From contig JBLNCY010000020.1 in the NCBI GenBank assembly GCA_050261115.1, positions 1 through 36,843 on the forward strand: a stretch of 36,843 nt of DNA, written 5' to 3'. Of the stretch, positions 8,695 through 19,005 are shown in pieces (position 1 is the first letter of the stretch; every line of letters begins with the position of its first letter). The position numbers and the translations under genes are program-made. Source of the DNA: Methanocella sp. GTDB lineage: Archaea; Thermoproteota; Bathyarchaeia; Bathyarchaeales; Bathycorpusculaceae. The notes under the pieces are model-generated. The model searched no databases, was not told the origin of the DNA, and was given only the letters and a program-made list of their open reading frames with translations.

Positions 8695-9408
8695 CTATTG
8701 GCGGTTAGCGGCGAGTTTCTCAACACCATTCGGGGTCCCTAAATAGGCGATGTCGGTTAAGCCTACAAAGAAGCCTGTTTCTGCTACCCCTGGAATCATC
8801 TTGATCTTAACGTTTAGTTCAGCGGGGGTTTTGATTTCTCCGAAAACAACATCGAGCACTGCATTGCCGTTGTCGGTTAAGAGTGGTCCAAGTTTTCCCT
8901 TGGCTTCGCGAACAGTGACTTTTCCACCAAGCTCTGTGAGGGCACGTTTGACAGGGGTGAGCGCGAAGGGGATAACTTCGATGGGGACAAATTGGTTGTT
9001 GGCGCCTAAGAAGGGGGCTTTTTTGCCTAGATCAGCGATGATAATGTTGGTTTTGGTGGCTGATGCGACGATTTTTTCTCTGGCAAGGGCTGCTCCGCCT
9101 CCTTTGATAAGGTAGAGTTCGGGTGTAAGTTGATCTGCACCGTCTATGGTTATGTCGATAACGGGGTGCTCCTCAAGTGTTGTGATAGGAATGCTGTTTT
9201 CGACTGCAACTTGAAAGGCTTGGTAGCTGCTAGGTATGCCCATAACTTTTATACCTTCACTTTTAACGCGGTCACCTATGGCTTCGATTGCAAAGGCTGC
9301 TGTGCTGCCGCTTCCTAGACCAACTATCATTCCGTCTTGGATGTGCTCAACAGCTTTGAGGGCTGCTTGCTGCTTTTGTAGCGTAATTGGGTCTGTGCTA
9401 AGTTTCAA
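8695..9408 (-). CDS. rpiA: Ribose-5-phosphate isomerase A
   Basis: GLGSGST, DGADQ, IKGGGAALAREKI and TDNGN motifs. Confidence 0.96.
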   Translation of the reverse strand: MKLSTDPITLQKQQAALKAVEHIQDGMIVGLGSGSTAAFAIEAIGDRVKSEGIKVMGIPSSYQAFQVAVENSIPITTLEEHPVIDITIDGADQLTPELYLIKGGGAALAREKIVASATKTNIIIADLGKKAPFLGANNQFVPIEVIPFALTPVKRALTELGGKVTVREAKGKLGPLLTDNGNAVLDVVFGEIKTPAELNVKIKMIPGVAETGFFVGLTDIAYLGTPNGVEKLAANRQ

Positions 9409-10243
9409 TTTCCATCTGTCCTAACTTGTCAAGTACTTTTTCCACTTCACTACGAATGCTCTCAATGCGTTTTTCCGCCTCAGTCTTCTGGCTGGTTTTC
9501 TCCTCGGGTGGTCTACGCTTCTTGGGTGCTGCTACCGCTGGGGCAGGCTTCTTTGTTGAGACTTCGGGGGTTTCGAGTTCAGGCTCCTCGTCTTCATCTT
9601 CGATCTGGATAGGCGTTACGGGAATGGGTTTTACCTGGACTTCACGAATAGGTTTAACCTCAATTCTGCTTCGGAGCTCTTCAACTCGTGCAGAGAGATC
9701 ACCGAATCGCTCGCTAAAGAGCTTCATCAAATCTTCCTGCATCGATTCGAGTTCATGCAACGCAATGATGCCCTCGTCTTTGGCTATGGATTCCTTGATG
9801 GTGTTCATCCGCTGCTTATAGGACGCTGCAAGCCTGTCACGTTCGGCTTCTGTGATTTTGCCTTCCGCTTGGGCTTCATATAAGCGTCTGATGGCGTCTC
9901 CGAGAATTTCCCGCTCAAGGTCTAACATGCGAAGTTCATTTTTGGCGTTGATTGCGGCGGATGTTTGGATACTCTTCTGAAGCCTAAAGGGCATACTTTG
10001 GATGGGTGGATATTGGAGAAGACTACCTGTGTTCGTTGTAGAGGTGGCCTGGGCTGGCATGGCTGTGACTTCAGTTGGGGCGGGTTGCTGGGTTTGAGGC
10101 GGTGAATTTTGTGTGGGTGCAGGCGAAGGTCTCTTAGTTCCGGAGCGACGCATCGCCAAAGCGACGGCGCCGACGGCGAGTATAATCACTAACGCCACAG
10201 CCACCACAATTAATGGGTCGTCATACCAAGCCAAACATGCCAT
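9398..10243 (-). CDS. Membrane-anchored coiled-coil hypothetical protein
   Basis: N-terminal TM helix, Pro/Thr/Gln linker, helical core (LYEAQAEGKITEAERDRL), acidic/Pro linker and a C-terminal amphipathic helix; overlaps the rpiA start. Confidence 0.85.
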   Translation of the reverse strand: MACLAWYDDPLIVVAVALVIILAVGAVALAMRRSGTKRPSPAPTQNSPPQTQQPAPTEVTAMPAQATSTTNTGSLLQYPPIQSMPFRLQKSIQTSAAINAKNELRMLDLEREILGDAIRRLYEAQAEGKITEAERDRLAASYKQRMNTIKESIAKDEGIIALHELESMQEDLMKLFSERFGDLSARVEELRSRIEVKPIREVQVKPIPVTPIQIEDEDEEPELETPEVSTKKPAPAVAAPKKRRPPEEKTSQKTEAEKRIESIRSEVEKVLDKLGQMEIET

Positions 10244-10457
10244 CCTCGGTATCTGATATCACAGTATGCATCTATATGTTATATAACCGCTATCTTTGTT
10301 GTTCCAAGTTTAAATAAATGTCGCAAGCGATTCCTATTTAAGCCCTAAAACGCCTCCGTTTTGCCTGTTTGCAGGGTTTGTGTGGGTTTTTTGAGAAAGC
10401 AACTAATTGCTTAATAAATTATGATTGTTGTTAGGTTAGAGGCCTTTATCGGAGGTT

Positions 10458-10823
10458 CTAATGCATTTTTGCTTCTGCTTGCTTTATTAGTTCACGCAAC
10501 GCAGAATTATCTACGGCTTCTATACAAGTAATTTTTACGTGTCTTGCTTTTTTTCCTGTGCCCTCCAAAAGGTGTTGTGGATCGCTTAGTTCTGTTCCAT
10601 GACTAAACATTAGGTTTACTTGTGATTTGTATGGTGCAATAGCGCAGACTAATTCAGCGTATTTTGGGCTGTATCCATACGCGATTATTTTTGAGGGGAC
10701 ATCAACCATTTCATTTACCATAGGGATTGTTTCTCTGATTAGGGCGCGGACCCTTTGTACTATTTCTTGTACTTGCGGTGAGAAAGTGGATAAGAACTCC
10801 TCGACAGAAACCATAGCGTTCAC
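10458..10823 (-). CDS. DUF1801 (YdhG-like) domain protein
   Basis: VNLMFSHGTELSDPQHLLEGTGKKARHVKI motif. Confidence 0.85.
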   Translation of the reverse strand: MNAMVSVEEFLSTFSPQVQEIVQRVRALIRETIPMVNEMVDVPSKIIAYGYSPKYAELVCAIAPYKSQVNLMFSHGTELSDPQHLLEGTGKKARHVKITCIEAVDNSALRELIKQAEAKMH

Positions 10824-10977
10824 TCTATCGATTGATTGTATTCTGTTTACTTAACTTTTTACACGACCCCTGTGCGGAATCATTACGTTTTCTTTTAGTT
10901 ATCGGTGATTTGTAAGCTTATATAATGGGTCTAATAGTTGTTGGAGCATAGAAAATTCCGGGTTAGGGGAAGCTAGT

Positions 10978-11409
10978 TTGGATGAAGTATTAGAGTTACT
11001 AGATAAAACCGCTAAACGTTACCAAAAAAGCACAGAGGAAACCGAAGAGAAAGTCTCAAAGTTGACGGTGCTCTATGAGCAGCTCCAGCAGTCCGCTGAG
11101 GCGACCCAAGAGCAGAAGCTCAAGGCATTTGTCAAGAAGACAATTCAACTTGACCGGTTGGAGCGGCTGAATTCTCAGCTAAGTTTACTTTATACCCTGC
11201 AGATTTTCGCGTTTAAAGTTAAGGTGCTTGAAGTCTCAGTGGATAACATGAAAGATCAGCTTGTGCGATCAGGGGTTTTACAGAGTAGCATGGAGTTGGA
11301 GGATATTAAGAAGAATATTGATGCACTCAAGATATTAATCGAAGCGCAGTACGAATCGTTAAAAGACATTAATGATAAGCAGAACAAGAACTTAGCATAC
11401 ATCCACTAA
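10978..11409 (+). CDS. Hypothetical coiled-coil protein
   Basis: 143 aa, all-helical heptad-rich composition, TTG start, T tract downstream. Confidence 0.75.
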   Translation: MDEVLELLDKTAKRYQKSTEETEEKVSKLTVLYEQLQQSAEATQEQKLKAFVKKTIQLDRLERLNSQLSLLYTLQIFAFKVKVLEVSVDNMKDQLVRSGVLQSSMELEDIKKNIDALKILIEAQYESLKDINDKQNKNLAYIH

Positions 11410-11506
11410 CTGCGACAGGGCTTTGCCCTATAATTTTTTTGCTGGTTGGGTTTAGTCAAGGTTTCTTGACGAAAAACGCTTTATGTCTGCTCCAGTTCCC
11501 AGCTAA

Positions 11507-12751
11507 TTGATGCATATGAAGCTCTTAACCTGCTTAGTTCTACTGGTTATGATTAGTATTGGTTTCACTTCGTTTTTTACTGCGCCTGTATTGGCAGTAA
11601 CTGTGCCTACGGTGGGTGTTAAAGAAGGTGACTGGATAGAGTATGACGTTGCTGTCACTGGTACAGGTGTTCCACCTCCCACTCATGATGTGCGTTGGTT
11701 TAAAATTGAAGTGTTGCAGGTTCAAGAGGATGCGTTCTCAGTTAATTTGACCGCCAGATATGCTAACGGTACCATGGGCAGCGCCATATGGGAATTCAAT
11801 TTCACCGAAGGCAATGTTGGCGGCTGGATAATCATTCCCGCTAACCTTGACGTAGGAGAGTCTTTTTTTGACGCTTCAATACACAACGACAAACCTGTCA
11901 ATGTAACAATCCAGAGTCAAGAACAGAAAACTGTCCTAGGAGCATCCAGAACCATAACGTGCGGTAATGATAGTTTTAGGCATAAGGAATGGGATAAGCT
12001 CACAGGCGTCTTTGTAGGGTCCTCAGAGACTTACCGGAATGTGACAAGCAAGGATGGCTGGCACATAGATGATTTGACGGTGACGGTGAATGCAGTTGCA
12101 AATAACATTTGGAGCCCCGACGCCCAAGCCGCAGGCCAGTCGATGTTTTATCCTGCAGTTGGCGCTGTGATCGCTGCTGTGGCCGTTTTCTCTTTGGTTG
12201 TAGTGGTGGCTCGTAGACGGCACATAACACTTAGTCCTAAGCAGCAAACCATTATTGCGTTAACTCTGGTTCTGGGGTTGGTTCTTGCTGTAGGAGTTAT
12301 TTCTGCCATACCCCTTAGTGAGAGCCAAGTGCCCCTGAGTTTTCGCGATATAAACATGGTGATGCAGTCGCTCTGGCTGGGGCTTTTGCTTTTAGGTATG
12401 TGGTTTAGGAAGAAGGGCAACTACCTATTGCATGGTGTCCTTGTGACGGTTGTGGTTGTTGTCACGATAATGGGGTTTGTTGGGGTGCTGTTTATGTCTC
12501 CTATGGGCGAGGGCTCGATGGATGAGTATTTTAATTCGCCGGTTGATGTAGTGGTGTTTTTGGCTCATGCGGTTTTTTCGTTGCCTGCCTTGGCGTTTGG
12601 AGTCTGGTTTGTTGCTCTTTGGCGGCCTTCCTCTGCTGCTTTTCCAGTTAAGAGCCGGAGGGTTGTTTGGTTGTTGGCGGTTTTTTGGGTGTTGTCTTAT
12701 GTGGTGGGTGTCTTGGATTATTTGCTTCTGCGTATTGATTTGTTTGGGTAG
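11507..12751 (+). CDS. Multi-pass membrane protein with signal peptide and extracellular N-terminal domain
   Basis: Signal peptide, then a ~175-aa beta-rich domain (VGVKEGDWIEY), then about 6 hydrophobic helices. The C-terminal four-helix part with His residues (YLLHG, LAHA) is DUF420-like. Confidence 0.8.
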   Translation: MMHMKLLTCLVLLVMISIGFTSFFTAPVLAVTVPTVGVKEGDWIEYDVAVTGTGVPPPTHDVRWFKIEVLQVQEDAFSVNLTARYANGTMGSAIWEFNFTEGNVGGWIIIPANLDVGESFFDASIHNDKPVNVTIQSQEQKTVLGASRTITCGNDSFRHKEWDKLTGVFVGSSETYRNVTSKDGWHIDDLTVTVNAVANNIWSPDAQAAGQSMFYPAVGAVIAAVAVFSLVVVVARRRHITLSPKQQTIIALTLVLGLVLAVGVISAIPLSESQVPLSFRDINMVMQSLWLGLLLLGMWFRKKGNYLLHGVLVTVVVVVTIMGFVGVLFMSPMGEGSMDEYFNSPVDVVVFLAHAVFSLPALAFGVWFVALWRPSSAAFPVKSRRVVWLLAVFWVLSYVVGVLDYLLLRIDLFG

Positions 12752-12850
12752 GCCTTGGGTTAATACATGTAATTGCTTACTTTTTTACATATATCTTTTT
12801 AAGTAACAAAAACAAGCTATTAGACTATCAAACGATAGGTGTACGCTTCT

Positions 12851-15448
12851 ATGAGCTTTGAAAACTTTACTGTAAAGTCACAGCAAGCCCTCCAAAAAGC
12901 CCTAGAAATCGCCACAGCAAAACAAAACCAAGCAATAGAACCAGTCCACCTCCTAAAGGCAATGCTGCTTGTAGACGACAACGCCGTACCATACCTACTC
13001 AAAGCCCACAACGTTAACACCGACTACCTCACAAACCAACTCGATAAACAGATTGATACATTGCCTAAAGTAGCAGGCGGCGAACACTACCTCTCAGCTA
13101 ACACTAACAAGGTTATCCAGAAAGCTCAACAGCATGCCCAAGAAAGCCAAGACAAGTACGTTTCCATCGAGCAGTTACTCCTAGCTATACTCTCCCTCAA
13201 CGAGGGAGCATCAAGGTTACTTCAAAGCTGTGGGGTAACCGAGAAAGGCCTCAAAGAAGCAATAAAACAACTAAGAAAGGGATCAACTGTGAATACTCAA
13301 ACAACAGATGAAACTTACAACGCCCTCAACCGGTTTGCAACCAACCTAAATGAGAGGGCTAAAACTGGAAAACTTGACCCAGTAATTGGCAGAGACGAAG
13401 AAATTCGCCGTGTACTACAAATCCTCTCCAGACGCACCAAAAACAACCCCATCCTCATCGGGGAACCCGGCGTCGGTAAAACCGCCATAGCCGAGGGCAT
13501 AGCTCACCGCATAGTAAACGGGGATGTGCCTGAGAACCTCAAATCAAAGCAGATTTACTCGTTGGATATGGGTGCGTTGATTGCGGGTGCGAAGTATAAG
13601 GGTGAATTTGAGGAGCGCCTCAAAAGCGTCATCAAAGAGGTAGTTTCCTCCCAAGGCGAGATTGTATTGTTTATCGACGAAATCCACACCCTCGTCGGGG
13701 CTGGCGCAAGCGAAGGTGCCATGGATGCAGCAAACATCCTAAAACCTGCACTTGCGCGAGGCGACCTAAGGGTCGTCGGTGCAACTACCCTAAAAGAGTA
13801 CCAGAAGTACTTTGAGAAGGATAAGGCGCTTGAACGCCGTTTCCAACCCGTCATGGTCAACGAACCCAGTGCATTTGATGCGATCTCGATTCTCCGCGGC
13901 TTAAAAGAACGCTATGAAGTATTCCACCACGTACGAATAAAAGACGAGGCCATCATTGCCGCTGTGGAGTTGTCCCAGCGCTACATAACCGACCGTTTCC
14001 TCCCTGACAAAGCCATCGACCTCATCGATGAAGCCGCTTCAAAACTGCGCTTAGAAATCAACTCTGCGCCTGAAGAGCTAGAAATAATCGAACGAAAGAT
14101 TCGCCAACTGGAAATCGAACGCGAAGCCATAAAACGCGAAAAAGACGACGCCAAACTAAAAACTCTAAACCAAGAAATTGCCAACCTCACCGAACAACGC
14201 AACAAACTAAAAGCGCAATGGCAAGCCGAAAAAGACATAGCAGAACAGATCCAACGCAAAAAGAACGAGATTGAGCAGTTAAAGTTTGAGGAAGAAACCG
14301 CCAACCGTCAAGGCGACTTGGGCAAGGTTGCTGAAATCCGTTATGGAAAAATCCCTGAAAACAACAAAGCCATCGAAACACTCAAGCAGAAACTTGCAGA
14401 AATCCAAAAAGACTCGCCCCTCATAAACGAAGAAGTGGACGCAGAGGAAATCGCTGAAGTCGTGTCTCACTGGACGGGTATCCCTGTTAGCCGAATGCTT
14501 GAGAGCGAGAAGCAGAAGCTGCTAAACCTCGAAACCGAACTACACAAGCGCGTTGTTGGTCAGGATGCTGCTATCCAGGCGGTTTCAGATGCGATTCGGC
14601 GTAGCCGTGCGGGGCTGCAGGATCCTAAGCGGCCTATCGGCTCCTTTATCTTCCTTGGCACCACCGGCGTCGGCAAAACTGAATTAGCAAAAGCGCTGGC
14701 TGATTTCCTCTTCAACAACGAAAACAACATGGTCCGCATCGACATGTCAGAGTATCAGGAGCGCCATACCGTTTCGCGACTGGTGGGTGCACCGCCCGGC
14801 TATGTTGGGTATGAGGAAAGTGGGCAGTTAACGGAGGCAGTGCGACGCAAACCCTATTCTGTCGTGCTCCTAGATGAAATCGAGAAAGCCCACCCAGATG
14901 TGTTCAACATACTGCTGCAGGTACTAGACGATGGCCGATTAACCGACAACAAAGGCCGGACAGTAGACTTCAAGAATACCATAATCATCATGACCTCAAA
15001 CATCGGCTCCCACCTCATACAAGAGAACCTCGAAAAAGCCACCCCCGCCAACAGAGAAGAGATCTTGAACCGCACCCGAGAGCAGGTTTTTGCGTTGCTA
15101 AAGCAAACTGTTAAGCCAGAATTCCTCAACCGCATCGATGAAATCATAATGTTCCAACCCCTAACTGAAACAGAAGTACGCAAAATCGTCGAAAACCAAC
15201 TCAACGCAGTACAGAAGATGCTTGAGAAGAACGGAGTCCACATCGACGTAACAGCCAAAGCAGTTGACTACATTGCAAAGGTAGGTTTCGACCCGCAGTT
15301 CGGAGCCAGACCCATCAAGCGGGTAATACAGAAGCAGGTCCTAAATGAACTCTCAAAGATCATCTTGGAGGACAAAGTGAACCGGGATTCGGTTATTGTC
15401 ATAGATGCGGCAAATGGGTCGTTGACGTTTAAGAATAAAGCGCAGTAA
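12851..15448 (+). CDS. clpB: Chaperone/disaggregase ClpB
   Basis: Clp N domain, AAA1 ([14 protein letters not shown]), long coiled-coil middle domain, AAA2 ([28 protein letters not shown]). ATG at 12851 follows an AGGTG SD. Confidence 0.96.
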   Translation: MSFENFTVKSQQALQKALEIATAKQNQAIEPVHLLKAMLLVDDNAVPYLLKAHNVNTDYLTNQLDKQIDTLPKVAGGEHYLSANTNKVIQKAQQHAQESQDKYVSIEQLLLAILSLNEGASRLLQSCGVTEKGLKEAIKQLRKGSTVNTQTTDETYNALNRFATNLNERAKTGKLDPVIGRDEEIRRVLQILSRRTKNNPILIGEPGVGKTAIAEGIAHRIVNGDVPENLKSKQIYSLDMGALIAGAKYKGEFEERLKSVIKEVVSSQGEIVLFIDEIHTLVGAGASEGAMDAANILKPALARGDLRVVGATTLKEYQKYFEKDKALERRFQPVMVNEPSAFDAISILRGLKERYEVFHHVRIKDEAIIAAVELSQRYITDRFLPDKAIDLIDEAASKLRLEINSAPEELEIIERKIRQLEIEREAIKREKDDAKLKTLNQEIANLTEQRNKLKAQWQAEKDIAEQIQRKKNEIEQLKFEEETANRQGDLGKVAEIRYGKIPENNKAIETLKQKLAEIQKDSPLINEEVDAEEIAEVVSHWTGIPVSRMLESEKQKLLNLETELHKRVVGQDAAIQAVSDAIRRSRAGLQDPKRPIGSFIFLGTTGVGKTELAKALADFLFNNENNMVRIDMSEYQERHTVSRLVGAPPGYVGYEESGQLTEAVRRKPYSVVLLDEIEKAHPDVFNILLQVLDDGRLTDNKGRTVDFKNTIIIMTSNIGSHLIQENLEKATPANREEILNRTREQVFALLKQTVKPEFLNRIDEIIMFQPLTETEVRKIVENQLNAVQKMLEKNGVHIDVTAKAVDYIAKVGFDPQFGARPIKRVIQKQVLNELSKIILEDKVNRDSVIVIDAANGSLTFKNKAQ

Positions 15449-15534
15449 CACGCGCCAATCCCTCCTGTATTTTTTTATGTCTAAGCATTTTCGTTAAGTG
15501 GTTCGTGTCTGTTGCTCTGCCGAGAGACCCTCCC

Positions 15535-15968
15535 TTATATATTGCTATTTATGTCAGTACCAAACATTCTAACCGGTTGGTTGTGGATATTGTTGGCTTC
15601 CAAGAATTCTTGGATTGTTATTGCTATTGAGTAGACTTCTTCGCCAGTCGAGCAACTTGGAATCCAGACGTGAATCGGGTTGTCATGGCTTTGACTCATG
15701 ATAAGCGCTGGGAGTATCTTTTCATTTATAATTGTAAAATGTTGCTGGTTCACGAAAAAAAATTGTGACGCCGATAAGACTGGTCGTTGAAGAGTGCTTG
15801 AAGATCTTCAGAATGCGTACGTAGCAAGGTAACGTAATCCTGTAGAGTACCGACTTGATTGATAACCATACGGCGGGCTATACGCCTACCGATGGTTGAA
15901 TCTTTATAGTGCGTAAAGTCAACCCCGAATTCGACAATTAAAGCCCCCCAAAAATAGTTTTCACGCAA
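15535..15968 (-). pseudogene. Fragmented CheR-type methyltransferase
   Basis: GVDFTHYKDSTIGRRIARRM (CheR N-domain) and VWIPSCSTGEEVYSIAI...FGTDIN lie in different frames. The LIGVTxFFRE motif is split by frameshifts and the C-terminal half is absent. Confidence 0.85.
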
Positions 15969-16362
15969 TCTTTTTTGGCGAGGTTTTCTGTTGGGCCGTT
16001 TTCTTTTCTTACTTGATTATCCTTGCCTGCACTAGCCTCTTTGTTGTCTAGTTTTGTCCCATGGTTGTTGGGTTATTGTTTTCTTTGATGTTAATCGTTT
16101 CAACCATCCGACATGGCGAGTTCCTTTCTTGATGTGCTTGCGTGTGGCACCTACTCTTAAAAAAAATATTTGGTAAGCGGTTAACTACAGCATAAAACAT
16201 ACCTCCACTTAGAGTAGCCTTCGATAGCGCAACATTCACTGTCAGCCTGCCACTTAGCGCAACAACACTTTTAGAATAACTAACTTGCAAATTTTATGTG
16301 GGTGACTTAATAAACCCCAAAAGAACAGTTGTTCCCTACACAGGATTTCGGAAGCTGAAAAC

Positions 16363-16908
16363 TTGAATGTCCTAGTAATTTACGGCACAAGATGGGGCGG
16401 CACAGAAAAAGTCGCCCAAACCATCGGCAAAGCCATCCAAGACCAAGGTCACACAGTGCAAGTACTCGATGCCAAAAAAGCCCCCCAAAACATCGACGTC
16501 TATGACTTAGTCTTAGTCGGCAGCGGATTACGGGCCGACAAATGGACCAATGAATCCGTTGCATTCGTCGAAAAAAACCTCGAAGCGCTTAAGGCTAAAA
16601 AGGTGGCGCTCTATGTGAGTTGCTCGATGGCTGACCGCAAAGACGCAGGGTACGAGGTGGGTAAGAAACGCTACCTCGACGATTTTGCCTCGAAATATAA
16701 CTTGGCGCCGATTGCATTGGGGTACTTTGGCGGCTTAATGGACTTTAGCTACAGCCATGGCCTACTCGTGGACATCATTGTACGAGTGAACCGCAAGAAC
16801 CTACGCAAAAACGGCTTAGATACCTCTAAAGTGCATGACACCCGTGACTGGGCAGCTATTGAGGCGTGGGGTAGAGAAGTCGCTAAACTTGCGCAGGCTA
16901 AACAGTAG
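16363..16908 (+). CDS. Flavodoxin-domain protein (HemG-like)
   Basis: VLVIYGTRWGGTEKVA, YDLVLVGSG, YFGG and DTRDWAAIEAW motifs. Confidence 0.85.
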   Translation: MNVLVIYGTRWGGTEKVAQTIGKAIQDQGHTVQVLDAKKAPQNIDVYDLVLVGSGLRADKWTNESVAFVEKNLEALKAKKVALYVSCSMADRKDAGYEVGKKRYLDDFASKYNLAPIALGYFGGLMDFSYSHGLLVDIIVRVNRKNLRKNGLDTSKVHDTRDWAAIEAWGREVAKLAQAKQ

Positions 16909-17086
16909 CCCTTCACTTTTCTTTTGACGATACTTTTCTGTTATCAGGGTTTGCGAGGGGATTTTAGCTAGGTCTTTTATTGGATAACAACTGAAATAGT
17001 TATTAACTTGGAACATGTAGGCATAGACTAAAGTAGCCGTGGGAACGAGCCTCCCTGTGCAGCAATAGACTTGAAGTGAAAGCGCC

Positions 17087-18037
17087 ATGAAGTCCGCAAA
17101 TAAAATAATCCTTGTTACATTAATTACGTTTGTAATTGTTACGTTAGCGGTTTTTGTTAACACAGCAAATGCTCAAGAAGCCATAAACTATACAGTTTCG
17201 ATATCTGGCAGTAGTAATGGCGTTAATGAGGCTTCGTCCTACACTATAGTCATCACTAACACTGGCACCGCTAATATTGCCAGCGTGAACATAACGGTTC
17301 CTACTGGTTATAATAATGTGGCAAATGTAGCAATACCTCAGCAGCCCCCCTCACAGGCATGGAATATAGCTTATAGCCCACCCGTAACAAATGACCGAGG
17401 CGAAATAGAACTTCCTGGTCAAATATCGCTGGCGGCTCAATCTGGCCAAGGCTTAGCAAATGGCCAAAGTGTTACCGCCACTTTTGAGGCAACAAACCCC
17501 CAGGTCGCCGGAACATACGGCTGGTCCACTACCGCCTCAACCATGGATGGGGCAACCGCAACCCGAACCGCAGACTTCTCCATAGCAATTGTATCACTGA
17601 TACCCATGGCGGAAGTTTTACTCATAGCCGCAGCAATCGCATTTATCAACACAATTGTAAACCGCGTTCTCATCAACTATTTCATTGGCTGGGAACAGTA
17701 CCGCGTCATGCAAAAAGAGATGGCTGAATACCGCTCTGAAAGCATGGCCGCTGCACGCTCAGGCGACCAAAAACGAATGGAAAAAGTCAAGAAAAAACAA
17801 TCCCAAATCACAAATATGCAGCAAAAGATGATGAAGCCACAGATGATCCAGATCGGCATATCTTTCCTATACCTCATTGTATGGTGGGTCGTCTTAATCC
17901 CGACATTTGGCAACACCAGCATAGCATACTTGGCTGGTTTTGGCGCCTTACCAGTCATCTGGCTGTACCCAATATTCTCATTCTTCCTGGCGTTAATATC
18001 TCAACGCCTCATAGGCGTCAACCCCATTGAGTTGTAA
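17087..18037 (+). CDS. EMC3/TMCO1 (DUF106, Oxa1 superfamily) protein with N-terminal secreted beta-rich domain
   Basis: C-terminal ~150 aa show TM1, a Met/Lys/Gln-rich coiled coil ending KMMKPQ, TM2 and TM3 (WLYPIFSF...QRLIG). The N-terminus has a signal peptide (ANA-Q) plus a ~135-aa ectodomain. The gene sits directly upstream of cmk, as is usual for archaeal DUF106. Confidence 0.85.
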   Translation: MKSANKIILVTLITFVIVTLAVFVNTANAQEAINYTVSISGSSNGVNEASSYTIVITNTGTANIASVNITVPTGYNNVANVAIPQQPPSQAWNIAYSPPVTNDRGEIELPGQISLAAQSGQGLANGQSVTATFEATNPQVAGTYGWSTTASTMDGATATRTADFSIAIVSLIPMAEVLLIAAAIAFINTIVNRVLINYFIGWEQYRVMQKEMAEYRSESMAAARSGDQKRMEKVKKKQSQITNMQQKMMKPQMIQIGISFLYLIVWWVVLIPTFGNTSIAYLAGFGALPVIWLYPIFSFFLALISQRLIGVNPIEL

Positions 18038-18060
18038 AAACACGGCCGGAGCTACCAAAG

Positions 18061-18669
18061 ATGTCCAATGCCCCAGAAAAATGCCAAGCTGCCCCTAAAA
18101 GGGTAATTTGCATATCAGGCTTAGCCGGTACTGGCAAAAGCACTCTTGCCAAGAAACTCGCCGAGAAATACGGTCTAAGGTACTACTCTGGCGGCGATGC
18201 GCTAAAAGAACTTGCCAAAGAAGAAGGGTATGACATTAATAGTCATGGCTGGTGGGAAAGTCCAGTTGGTCTCCATTTTCTCCAGACACGCCTAAACGAC
18301 CCCAAATTTGACAAGGCAGTGGATGATAAACTCTTAGAGTACGCCAAACAAGGCAATGTGCTGCTGGATAGTTGGACGATGCCTTGGCTTCTTAAGGGTG
18401 GATTCAAAATCTGGCTAGACGCCTCCTTTGAATGCCGTGCAGCAAGGGTGGCAGAGAGGGATAACATGACCTATGAGCAGGCAGTTACGGTGCTTGAGGA
18501 AAAAGAAGGTCGCACTCGAGCTATCTACAAGTCGCTTTATGGGTTTGAGCTTGGGGCGGATTTGTCACCTTTTGATTTCATCTTGGATACAGATAACTTG
18601 AATGCTATGGAGGTTTTTGAGGTTCTCTGTCAAGTTATGGATAAAGTAGTCGCTAAACAAGAAAACTAA
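18061..18669 (+). CDS. cmk: Cytidylate kinase (archaeal type)
   Basis: ICISGLAGTGKST, FKIWLDAS...RAARVAERD, YKSLYG and DLSPFDFILDT motifs. Confidence 0.9.
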   Translation: MSNAPEKCQAAPKRVICISGLAGTGKSTLAKKLAEKYGLRYYSGGDALKELAKEEGYDINSHGWWESPVGLHFLQTRLNDPKFDKAVDDKLLEYAKQGNVLLDSWTMPWLLKGGFKIWLDASFECRAARVAERDNMTYEQAVTVLEEKEGRTRAIYKSLYGFELGADLSPFDFILDTDNLNAMEVFEVLCQVMDKVVAKQEN

Positions 18670-18849
18670 GTCGCCTTTTCATTTTTGAATAGAAGACTAC
18701 TATTTCACTGTTCCATACGGCTCAAAACTAAAACGGCACATAATACCTCGCCGGCTGATCTGTGCCAAAGCTTTCCTGAGTTTAATCCTCGATAAAGTCT
18801 TGGGACCCAGTAATGTCTGGGCAAAAACAGAACACGTAGGCGACATAAT

Positions 18850-19005
18850 ATGCCAAACACAGGGTTAATTCAACCAATAACTCTAAACTCTGCCCTACCA
18901 CTAGAAGCTATGACCGCCTTTCTGGTCAACATCGTTCTACCCATAATTCTAGTGGTAACTATTGCTTTTGTGCCGGCACACATAGAACTAAAAAAAGCCC
19001 CGTGA
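18850..19005 (+). CDS. Possible small single-TM peptide (51 aa)
   Basis: MPNTGLIQPITLNSALPLEAMTAFLVNIVLPIILVVTIAFVPAHIELKKAP in an otherwise empty 490-bp gap; no clear SD. Confidence 0.3.
   Translation: MPNTGLIQPITLNSALPLEAMTAFLVNIVLPIILVVTIAFVPAHIELKKAP

Noticed and set aside
16048-16290. 80-aa ORF upstream of the CheR fragments
   Set aside because: No motif; probably promoter sequence plus the eroded 5' part of the pseudogene.
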